A stretch of 64,000 bases of DNA from Oikopleura dioica (lineage: Eukaryota > Animalia > Chordata): assembly GCA_907165135.1 (NCBI GenBank), contig OU015568.1:8370001-8434000 (forward strand), given 5' to 3'. Below, piece by piece: positions 37,171 to 49,100 of this stretch (position 1 is its first letter; the number at the start of each line of letters is the position of its first letter). Under the pieces are notes generated by a model. That model did no database searches, was not told the DNA's origin, and saw only the letters and a program-made list of their open reading frames with translations. A program made the translations under genes and the position numbers.

Positions 37171-40100
37171 TTATGGTCTCAAGTTGTCGTAGAGACTTTT
37201 GACATAGTTGAGGCTGCCCATTTTGGGAAGAGCCTCAATAGTTTCGGCGCAGGCGATCAAGTAGTTGATGTTGCTCGTGTCAACAGTCGCCACTGCATCT
37301 TCAATGTCCTTCGTGACACCGGCTTTGTACTGGTCGCTAAAATTAGGGTGAAAACACGTCGTTTATTATCGTCACTGGCTTACATGGGATCAACGACGCC
37401 GGCGAAGGAGAAGGCCAATGTTTCGAAGTCAAGTTTGAAACCGACGTGGAATTTGGTCATCTGAAGGGTTCTGACCATAAACACAACCCGGATGATCTGC
37501 GTTTCCGGATGATAGTAGATTCTGTTTCTCTTTGACTTTCTGAGAAAGGATTCGAACGAGTTATAAATAAATTTAACATGAAAAAATAGCGTTTATCAGA
37601 ACGCTATCGATAAAAAAAAATTTTGTATCTAAGAAAATATCAAATCCGTCCATAAAGTTCAGAATCTTGTCCAGCGCTTGCAGATAGATCTCGTTGTGGC
37701 TGTTTATGAAGGGATAGATTCGCGCTGTCATGCGCTCACCTTGTGCCCTCATCGAGTTTGCTACAAACAAAGGATTTACAACCCGAAAACACAAGAAAAA
37801 CTTACCCTTCTCCGCAAGAAATTCGATGAAGTGATCATCAAGTTTTCTGAAGTTCTTTCCAGGTTGCAGGCTTGGAGCGCGGAAGGAACGCAAAGCTGCA
37901 TGCTTGATGGAGATGTGATGGATGTCGTTGACTGGCCATCGCTCAAACTGCATCGTCTTGCCTCGGAAAACAAGGCGAGCATCGATGAAGAGATTCATCT
38001 CCCACGGCGCCGCGCAATATCGGAAGTTGTGTTTCTTCGCGACCGTCTCGCATCGCTCATCCCAGTTGATTCGTTTTACTTCTGGAATCGCGTCGATCTA
38101 CCAATAATTAGACAAATGAACATAATTTGCGACGAGTACCTTTGCCTGCTGCTCCTCTAACTGGCGCTCTAGCTCCTCAATCTCTTTCTGAAGTACATCA
38201 GTTTGAGATTGAGCTCTCTCTTGTGATCGTTTTTTGTTCGCAAGATCCTCTTCTTCACGAAGAAGTTTCTCGTGTTCGACCTCAAGATCGGCAAGAATCG
38301 GAGTAAGCTCTTCGTCTTTTTTGAAGACTTTTTCGGCCTCGGATTTGTAGAGCTTCACGTTGTCTATTTGAAGATTATAACGATATTGAAAAAGAGAAAT
38401 TGTTCTTACCGAGAAGAGGAAGATAATCGCCTTGGATTTTGATTATCGTTTCGTAAGCACTCTTCCTTGATTTCTCCTCCGCAGCAGCAATCACCTTCTC
38501 GAGATCGACTGGAAACTGGTCGAAATCCCGCGCGTAGTGGAATTTGACAGGCGCTGGCTTGCATTTTTTCATGTCTCGCAGGAACTTGTCGCAGAGATAT
38601 TTGTCCAGCTCCACCTTCGACTGGAGAAGAAGGTTGTCCATGATTCCAGGGTGAGGACGATCTGCCGGAAGTGGCTTCATGACGATCTCTGGGTGTGGCT
38701 TATCGAAGGCCGCTTTTATATCGCTAAAACGAGGGGTGAACAAGGGTCAGAAACAATGATTTCTTACGTGACGAATCGGTCGATTTCTTCACTTTGATCA
38801 GGTACATCTGGCAGTTCCGAAATCTCCCCGAAATTGCTCGTTGTCGCCATTGTGTTGTCACCAATCAAGCTGCGAGCGTTGATCTCAGCAGTTTTACTTT
38901 CCGCGAGCAGATCAATCTTCATCGTCATTTTCTGCATTTGCTCGGTCTTCTCATTCGATATCGCCTCCTTCGACTGGATCGCTTCAGTCGTGTCTGGAGT
39001 CACCAACGATTCTTCCATTTCGACATCGTTTGCCACAGTTGGTGAGTCCAAGTCGAGTTGTGGAATGCTTCCAAGGGAATCGCATGCCCCTAGTTCAGTC
39101 AAGTCAAGTCGCTTTGGAGCGACGGGGGTAAGCGATTCTAGCGCAGTTCTCTCAGAAACGTTGATGCTCAAATTAGTGGAAATCTGCTCCGTCACCGTCC
39201 GCTGAAACTTCTTCATCTGAGTATGTTTCGCCAATCCAAGGGAATCACGAGCGCGCATTAGGGCCTGTCGACCGCGAGAGCGACCGAAATCGGGAGTCGG
39301 AGGAGCGTAATCGTTGCCGTTGAGCAGGTCGATTTCTCGTGAAATCCCGTCGAAGTCGACAAGTGGCGATCTTATTTTCGGCGAGGGAATTTCAAACGGA
39401 GCCGCGGAGCTCATATTCGACGAGGCGATCTTTTTGACGTCTTCTGGAGTTCGAGGGTTGCTAAAGAAAGAAGTTTAAATATGGAAAATTTATCGGCAAC
39501 TTACTCAAGAATATTTTGAAGGCTTTTATTCGCCTTTGGAGTGATGACAACTGGCTTGGCAAGAGACTTTTCGAGGGCGAGAGATTTCTGCTCTTCTTCC
39601 TCCATTTGTGCCGCCTTCGCTTCCATTTGAGTAAACATCTCCGTTGATCCTTCCTCGTAATCGCCCATGGGACTGCCTGGACTGCCAATGACTGTCTGTT
39701 CCATAAAGACAGTCTTGTCAAAATTCTTTTGCTGGCCACCAAGATTGACCGTTTCATCCATCGCCATCGTCTTTTCCAGCGCGATCGTTCTATCAGCACA
39801 CATTGTCGGCTCTTCTGAATCATGGAAGAAGGCCATCGTCTTTTCCATTTTCTCAGTAGATTCTCCTTCCCCTTCATCATCTGCGCTCGAACCGGAACCA
39901 GGGCTGGAGCCACCTGTGGAGGCGAAAAGAGCAGCTAGGTTCGCCCTTAGAGCAGCCGCAGAGTCCACTTCTTTATCTGATTCTGATTGCTTCGTTGGCG
40001 TTGATGGAGATTCGGGACTGGAGGAGCTGGCGTAGCTGTCGATTTCGCGCTGGAAAATGCGCCGCTGGTGGACTTGTTGAAGAAGACTGGGGCGTTTCTT

Positions 40101-43100
40101 TTCTTGCGATCGGACAAGGGGATTTTCGGCGACGGAGAGAGTTGGAACGCTGGCGAGAGCGGGGTTTTCTCAGTTGGCGTTTTTGGGAGAAAATTTTGAG
40201 TCGCCTGACTGGTGACAGAAAGACGATTCTGGGTCAAGGAAAAGTCGTCTCCACCGCCCATCAGATCTGAAAATACCGATTATGATTCTTGAATTCAAAT
40301 AAATTGAAGCTTACCAAGTGTATTGTCCAGGACTTCCCTAGGCTTAGAACCAATTGGAGCAGTTGACATATTGAACATGGACGGAGATTCCTGGTCCATC
40401 GCTAGGATTCAAATCCGGAGAGGAAGGGCTGAGGTAAATTGCGTTGGTGTGTAGGTTTGAGAGAGGCGATTTTCTGGCAGTTCGATTTTCTGGCAGTTAG
40501 ACTTTCTGGCAAAGGCGATTTTCTGGCACTGCAAGAAAATCTAATATGCCAGAAAATCTAACTGCCAGAAAATCGCCTCTTTTGATTTTGAATAGATTCT
40601 GTAGATACAGTTAATGATCCTGGAAGGTAAAAAAACGGAGAGAAGAAAAGCTCGTAACTTATCTTCTGATTCTTCAGATAAAAAATCAGGCGCGCGTGAG
40701 CTCAAAAAAAACGAGGAGATTCTATATGAACAACTTTTGGAAGCATCCAAATCTTCGTTGAACAGCGGAATGAAAGGTCTTTCGAATATGATTGATTTTC
40801 ACACAAGACTCGCATCTTGAAACGGAAGTCAGGATCGTTGTTTTCAGAAAACAGAATCGTTTTCTTCGCTTTTTTGCTTTGAAAGCATATGATCTGGAAG
40901 CAATTTTGTCGAGGAAGGATGCATTGTTTTGAGTTTTGTTGAATCGTTACTCAGGCAGGGTTTTCGAAAGTACCACCAATGTTTTCTTACATGTTTTATG
41001 AAATTTCATTGACAAAGGCCACTTTTGACCCATTTATTCAACATTATTGGCTGAAGCAAACATAAATCAGCTTCTTCCGGGAATTTCTGTGTTAATCACC
41101 CGGTGTTATTTGCATCTGATTTGGAGTACTTGGTCACAGTAAGCAGCCACTGAGATAATGCCGCACGCTAATGCTTTTTGAAACTGAACTTGTTATAAAA
41201 CTATCCTGAAAATTCTTCCTCAGAAGTAGGTGGAATCGGTGTCATTTATAACATTTTTCTATCCGAATCTCTTCCTCATCCTCCATTTTCTCAAAAAAAT
41301 CAAAATCTAACTTTTCAGCTGCCTGTTAACCCGTTTGTCACTTCGAAAACAGCAAGAACGAACTGCGGATGCTGCCCTCATTCTATTTTTAGCGCAGAAA
41401 TCTCAATTCCAAGATGCGAGTCTTGTGTGAAAATCAGTCATATTTGAAAGACCTTTCCTTCCGCTGTTCAACGAAGATTTGGATGCTTCCAAAAGTTGTT
41501 GATATGAAATCTCCTCGTTTTTGAGCTCACGCGCGCCTGACTATTTCTCAGAAGATGAATTCCGAGCTTTTCTTCTCTGCGTTTTTTTATCTTCCAGGAT
41601 CATTAACTGTAGATTCAAAATCAAAAGAGGCGATTTTCTGGCAGTTAGATTTTCTGGCATATTAGATTTTCTGGCAGTGCCAGAAAATCGCCTTTGCCAG
41701 AAAATCTAACTGCCAGAAAATCGCCTCTCTCTGTAGGTTTGGCTCTCGCGCTTAGAGGTAAGCGAGGCTCTACCTCAAGATACCTCTGCGCTGGATGAAG
41801 TTTGACTCATAGGAAAATAAAGCAGTTTGTTGTTGGGCTCCCCTCACATTTTCCCTTTTCACCCCTTTGATGATTCATGAATCAGTTCATGGCAAAATGC
41901 AGCGCCCAAATGAGAGCGCTTATCGAAAATTCCTATCATCCGGCCCAAAAACGAATCATTCAAGGAGAATTTGCTGGTGCTTCATTTTCTCGTGCCGCGG
42001 CACCGTGCCGTGTCCAAACCTTTACTCCCTGAAAGGTTGTAGGTGGTCATGTGGGTACCAGTACCCACGTTCGATCTTATAAATGAATGTGGGTACCAGT
42101 ACCCTCGCTCGCTTTCTTTCTTGAACGTGGGTACCAGTACCCACGCTCGCTTTCTTCCTTGAACGTGGGTACCGGTACCCACACTCACTCTTGCTGATAA
42201 CCGTGGGTACCAAAAACCCCTGAAAGCCTGGAGACTTGAACGTGGGTATTTTCTCTAGAGCATTTTTGTTACTGTTATTTATTAATCAATTTGACTCTAC
42301 CACTTGCTAAGAGAATGAGTGATTTAAGCAAATTGTCTGTTGAAAAACTACAAAAATTAAAGGATGAAATTAACGGAATCTTAATGGTATTGATAATATT
42401 AATTTTTTCATGATTTAAATTTATAAAGGCCCCAGTTTCCAATGAACAAAATGGCTGCAAAGATGGAAATGGTCAACCCTCTGTTCTCCAAGCAAATGAT
42501 GACTCTTTATCCGATGATGAGCTGGATGCTATTCTCAATCAACGAAGTCCTTCTTACAATTTCATCCAGGATGAAATTGAATTTACTGAAGTTGATGAGA
42601 ATTTTCCCATGGCTTGTGGAGAGTCGAACCAATACGCTCAGGAGTCGAACGAATATGCTCAACAATCGAATCAGACGCCAACTTTGGAAGCTGTTGTGAC
42701 ATCAAGGATGAACAGAACACATTTGGTGATAGATGATGGTCGTCGATCTGAATATAAAAAATCATTTTCTACGAAGAAAAAATTTGTTTATCAATGCTGT
42801 AAGCTGTCTCCTGATGGCAAAGCTTGTCCGAAAAAATACGATGTCAGCATCGATCCTGCCCTGACATTTATGAATGTGAAGAAGAGAAAAAATGACAAAC
42901 AACAATCCTACTTGGACATCAATCCAAATGTCAATAAAAGCATTCTCTTCGACAAGGCCTTCTACAAGCTCGTTCCAAATCCAGCTCAAGAAAAAGTTCG
43001 TCATACCTGCGTTAGCAATGATGATGATCCCAATAATGAAAATATGGAGAAAGAAATTACTACGAAGATTAAAGCTTATCTTTACGATAACTTTCAAGCA

Positions 43101-46100
43101 CTCCGATTTTCAAGTCCTAACAGTATCAAGCGACAAATATTGGAGCTTCTTTCTCATGACTATACTTATGATGAGCTTGTTGCGAATTTCCCGAATCAAC
43201 AAAAATGGGAACAATTATATCGATATTATCGTGAAGCCAATTCCCCTGTGCGGGAAGCACTGGAGAGCATCGAAGATTTCGAATTCAACCCAGAGGATTT
43301 TTTGGTTAATTCAAGAACAATTATTCATAAAGAAGGGGCCGACTTATACTTCTACGATGAAGAAACAATTAAACAGTGCATTGATATTTCTGTAATTCAA
43401 GCAGGTGTGTGAAAATGAATCTCATTTACATCCTCATTTACTTTCATTTATCACTTACCTCACTCAGAAATCCGTATTGAAAATCGTTGTCAACTAGACA
43501 TCGACGTTGTTGGTCCAAGATTGTCAACTAGACATCGACATTGAAGGTCCAAGATTGTCCAATCTAAAAGATACTTTTATCAAACGGAACTGTTAATCAT
43601 TCAAAAAAAATTCAAACGGAACTGTTAATCATAATCAAATTAAGATGGAACTTCTTGGCGTGGATGGGGCAATCATTTTGATCAGCTGTGCAATTTTCTC
43701 TGTCGGATTAAAACAAAAGATGGTGACTACAAGTCAACCCTACTGTTCAGCTGTCTTCATCGTGGCCGATTTGAGGAAGATTATCGCCGAGTTTTTGGCC
43801 ATATGGCTTCAGTTTATAAAAAAATTGTAGGTAAGGATATAAGTTGTAATTTGCTGCTCACGGATTCAGAGTTAGGGCTTAGGAATAGTATTAGGGATAT
43901 AGTAGGACATAAGTTTTTAAAGAATTGTTTTTTTCATTTTAGTAAGAATCAGAAGGATAATTTTAGATTAGGAGGAGTAAGCGTAGAAAATCGTAGGTTA
44001 GGAGAGATTAGGGATATGTATAGTATTTGTAGGAACTTAGTTTATGTTAATGAGAATTTCGTTGTTGATTTCATAGGGTATTTGAGGGAATGGAATAAGA
44101 CTAGGGAATATTTTAGTGTCACTGAGGATAATTTAGTCATGATAGGTAAATTAGATGAGATTTTAAAGGGATTAGGGAAGAGGTTTTCGAGTCATAGGTC
44201 GGTTTTGTGTTGGGATGATGTTATTTTAGATTCTGATGTATATTTAGATAAGACTAGCAATGTAGTTGAGAGGTTTAATAGGAGAATTAAGGAAGCATTA
44301 GTTGAGAGTAGGCGAATTAGAACATTAGATAGAATTAGGGTTGTCGCTGAGGAGTTTAACATGATAAATTTTGATTTTAGGGTTAGTTTTAGGAGTAAGA
44401 GTAGGGCCCCAAATAAGAAATCCGTGAGAAGCCACGAGAGAGCGCGTGATTTGATTAAAATGTTAAAGCTTAGAAAAAATAAGGATGTTAATTTTGATAG
44501 GATTAGGGAACTTCTTGTAGATCTTTAGAGATAAGATTAGGGTTAGGATTAGGATAAGAGTTAGGGTTAGGATTATAAACTGAAACTATTTGTCAAAAAC
44601 GTGGTGATAATCTTCCATCAGGCAATTTTATTTGTTTATTTTCGATATTATTTTCTATTTCTAGTTTCTGTTTCTTTCTTGTTTTTTGATACTTCAGTTC
44701 ACTTTTTATGTTTATGTTTGTTCAAAGTACTGTTTGTTCGTTAAAATAAAAATACCTGATAAAATTTTGAGTTGATTTGATGTAGTCGTTGTTGTTGTAG
44801 CTTGATTTGATCCGGGATAGAATGGTTTTTCACTTGTCTTTGCGCGCTCAAAGCTTCCAACTCGTGGCTCATGCCGTGCGTTATGGCCAGATTGATCGCA
44901 GAAGTTAGGAGTGTGTCGACGATTCGCTCGATCGGTCTTTAAAGTACCCACGTTCAAAGTGCAGAGCGGGCGAGGGTACTTGGTACCCACGTTCAAAGAA
45001 GAAAGCCAACAGGGGTACTTGGTACCCACGCTCAAAATCTTAACCCAATGTGGGTACCAGTACCCACGTTCAGAAACTAAAGCCAATGAGGGTACTGGTA
45101 CCCACATTCATCATGTGGAGCGAGTGTGGGTAAAGTACCCACATGACCGCATACCACCCCCTGAAAGGAGCGGCACGGCACGGCACGTGCCGTGCCGTGT
45201 CCGTGCCGCGGTGCCGTGCCGTGCCGTTGACCTTTCCCCACCCTGCTCTAAGGGAAGTTTCAAAATTTTGTGACATGGCAAAAATTTTTTTGAATTTTCA
45301 AGTCGATCTTGTTAAGTGAGAAAAAAGAAGCATTTTGATATAGATTTCATGGAATTTGAGTCAGTATAATGGAAGTTATTGCTCATTTAGTGTCTAAAAA
45401 TAGCAAAACTTTGCGCGCAGTTTCTGACTCATCCGTGCATGGAATTTCAAATTTTTTCTGATAAATATATCACTCCAGGCCTGAACTTCATGTGTTTTTT
45501 TTTATTTGTGTTTTTGATTAGGGAATCGCCGGTAAAATGCATATTTATTTGATGGTGTTTGGTGATTAAAAATCGGCTGAAATTTGAGACGAAAACAGGA
45601 ACGCGCAGCGACAAAACGGCCTCGAAATCAGGCGCTGGAAATAAAGCTCATCCCATTTTCAAAATGAAAATTTCGGAAAGGAAAGGGCAGCGACTAAACG
45701 GGGTCGAAATACGGCACCACAAAATAAGTTTGGCCCATTTTCATCATGAAAATGATCTTGAGTCATTTCATCCATGTCTCCCCAATTTCGCCTTTTCCAA
45801 CAAATAAAAAATCGGTCAATCCTTGGAGTTATCAAGTGTTAGACCCACCATTCGACTCGTCTCAACGAGCTGAACAAAACTGCGCTATCAGTTTTTCAAC
45901 CTCTTCTTTACAAATATAGAATCAGACCTTCCACGTCGACGAAAATCTCCATCAAGTTCTTGCCATCTGCCGAGCTCTGATCTCGCCCGATGAAAACTTT
46001 TGATAAAATAATGAAAACCAAAAATGGTTCGGCGCTACAATAGAGGATGCACCATATATGGTGTTCTTGGCGGGTACCTTAGAAAATCCACTTTTGGCTG

Positions 46101-49100
46101 TCTTTTCGACGTCTTTATTCATCCTCTTTTTCTTCCGATGTCAGTCGAGGTCACGTGGCCCCAAATGACCTCAATAAAAGCGAGATGAAAAAATTATATC
46201 TTTTCAAATGAACAAATTTTTCATATTTAAAATGAAAACCATAATAAAGTATAAAACAAGAATATTTTAAATTTTTATATCAATGGGTGTGGGTGGGGTT
46301 GGGGACGTAACTAGTATTGATAAACTCAGAGTTCCAGGCCTCTGTCAAGCCCCTTAAAATTAAAAGTCAAGGAACGGGGCTGAAACGGCCCGAAGGGCCG
46401 TCAAGCCCTTAAAATTAAAAGTCAAGGAACGGGGCTGAAACGGCCCGAAGGGCCGTCAAGCCCTTAAAATTAAAAGTCAAGGAACGGGGCTGAAACGGCC
46501 CGAAGGGCCGTCAAGCCCCTTAAAATTAAAAGTCAAGGAACGGGGCTGAAACGGCCCGAAGGGCCGTCAAGCCCTTAAAATTAAAAGTCAAGGAACGGGG
46601 CTGAAACGGCCCGAAGGGCCGTCAAGCCCCTTAAAATTAAAAGTCAAGGAACGGGGCTGAAACGGCCCGAAGGGCCGTCAAGCCCTTAAAATTAAAGTCA
46701 AGGAACGGGGCTGAAACGGCCCGAAGGGCCGTCAAGCCCCTTAAAATTAAAAGTCAAGGAACGGGGCTGAAACGGCCCGAAGGGCCGTCAAGCCCTTAAA
46801 ATTAAAAGTCAAGGAACGGGGCTGAAACGGCCCGAAGGGCCGTCAAGCCCCTTAAAATTAAAAGTCAAGGAACGGGGCTGAAACGGCCCGAAGGGCCGTC
46901 AAGCCCTTAAAATTAAAGTCAAGGAACGGGGCTGAAACGGCCCGAAGGGCCGTCAAGCCCTTAAAATTAAAAGTCAAGGAACGGGGCTGAAACGGCCCGT
47001 AGGGCCGTCAAGCCCCTTAAAATTAAAAGTCAAGGAACGGGGCTGAAACGGCCCGAAGGGCCGTCAAGCCCCTTAAAATTAAAAGTCAAGGAACGGGGCT
47101 GAAACGGCCCGAAGGGCCGTCAAGCCCCTTAAAATTAAAAGTCAAGGAACGGGGCTGAAACGGCCCGAAGGGCCGTCAAGCCCCTTAAAATTAAAAGTCA
47201 AGGAACGGGGCTGAAACGGCCCGAAGGGCCGTCAAGCCCTTAAAATTAAAAGTCAAGGAACGGGGCTGAAACGGCCCGAAGGGCCGTCAAGCCCCTTAAA
47301 ATTAAAAGTCAAGGAACGGGGCTGAAACGGCCCGAAGGGCCGTCAAGCCCCTTAAAATTAAAAGTCAAGGAACGGGGCTGAAACGGCCCGAAGGGCCGTC
47401 AAGCCCTTAAAATTAAAAGTCAAGGAACGGGGCTGAAACGGCCCGAAGGGCCGTCAAGCCCCTTAAAATTAAAGTCAAGGAACGGGGCTGAAACGGCCCG
47501 AAGGGCCGTCAAGCCCCTTAAAATTAAAAGTCAAGGAACGGGGCTGAAACGGCCCGAAGGGCCGTCAAGCCCCTTAAAATTAAAAGTCAAGGAACGGGGC
47601 TGAAACGGCCCGAAGGGCCGTCAAGCCCCTTAAAATTAAAGTCAAGGAACGGGGCTGAAACGGCCCGAAGGGCCGTCAAGCCCTTAAAATTAAAAGTCAA
47701 GGAACGGGGCTGAAACGGCCCGAAGGGCCGTCAAGCCCCTTAAAATTAAAAGTCAAGGAACGGGGCTGAAACGGCCCGAAGGGCCGTCAAGCCCTTAAAA
47801 TTAAAAGTCAAGGAACGGGGCTGAAACGGCCCGAAGGGCCGTCAAGCCCCTTAAAATTAAAAGTCAAGGAACGGGGCTGAAACGGCCCGAAGGGCCGTCA
47901 AGCCCTTAAAATTAAAAGTCAAGGAACGGGGCTGAAACGGCCCGAAGGGCCGTCAAGCCCTTAAAATTAAAAGTCAAGGAACGGGGCTGAAACGGCCCGA
48001 AGGGCCGTCAAGCCCCTTAAAATTAAAAGTCAAGGAACGGGGCTGAAACGGCCCGAAGGGCCGTCAAGCCCCTTAAAATTAAAAGTCAAGGAACGGGGCT
48101 GAAACGGCCCGAAGGGCCGTCAAGCCCCTTAAAATTAAAGTCAAGGAACGGGGCTGAAACGGCCCGAAGGGCCGTCAAGCCCTTAAAATTAAAAGTCAAG
48201 GAACGGGGCTGAAACGGCCCGAAGGGCCGTCAAGCCCTTAAAATTAAAAGTCAAGGAACGGGGCTGAAACGGCCCGAAGGGCCGTCAAGCCCCTTAAAAT
48301 TAAAAGTCAAGGAACGGGGCTGAAACGGCCCGAAGGGCCGTCAAGCCCCTTAAAATTAAAAGTCAAGGAACGGGGCTGAAACGGCCCGAAGGGCCGTCAA
48401 GCCCTTAAAATTAAAAGTCAAGGAACGGGGCTGAAACGGCCCGAAGGGCCGTCAAGCCCTTAAAATTAAAAGTCAAGGAACGGGGCTGAAACGGCCCGAA
48501 GGGCCGTCAAGCCCCTTAAAATTAAAAGTCAAGGAACGGGGCTGAAACGGCCCGAAGGGCCGTCAAGCCCCTTAAAATTAAAAGTCAAGGAACGGGGCTG
48601 AAACGGCCCGAAGGGCCGTCAAGCCCTTAAAATTAAAAGTCAAGGAACGGGGCTGAAACGGCCCGAAGGGCCGTCAAGCCCTTAAAATTAAAAGTCAAGG
48701 AACGGGGCTGAAACGGCCCGAAGGGCCGTCAAGCCCTTAAAATTAAAAGTCAAGGAACGGGGCTGAAACGGCCCGAAGGGCCGTCAAGCCCCTTAAAATT
48801 AAAGTCAAGGAACGGGGCTGAAACGGCCCGAAGGGCCGTCAAGCCCCTTAAAATTAAAAGTCAAGGAACGGGGCTGAAACGGCCCGAAGGGCCGTCAAGC
48901 CCTTAAAATTAAAAGTCAAGGAACGGGGCTGAAACGGCCCGAAGGGCCGTCAAGCCCTTAAAATTAAAAGTCAAGGAACGGGGCTGAAACGGCCCGAAGG
49001 GCCGTCAAGCCCCTTAAAATTAAAAGTCAAGGAACGGGGCTGAAACGGCCCGAAGGGCCGTCAAGCCCCTTAAAATTAAAAGTCAAGGAACGGGGCTGAA

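Noticed and set aside
40541-40820. ORFs in the arms of the 40459-41731 MITE as a captured gene fragment
   Set aside because: Short, degenerate between the two arms and without recognisable homology.
41867-42213. ORFs with repeated GTGTH/GYQYP motifs (also 44712-45276)
   Set aside because: They are translations of the GTGGGTAC palindrome arrays in the MULE TIRs.
43645-43830. Frameshifted or pseudogenised transposase (MELLGVDG ORF)
   Set aside because: This is the wrong frame; the 43405-43644 intron joins the catalytic frame without a frameshift.
44535-44571. True telomere or chromosome end
   Set aside because: Only a few degenerate TTAGG(G) units inside a transposon; kept as a compositional finding only.
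45559-45807. Duplicated 82-aa ORFs (45559-45807 and 50538-50786) as a gene pair
   Set aside because: They arise from the inverted arms of the foldback element, start at a non-ATG codon and show no protein motif.
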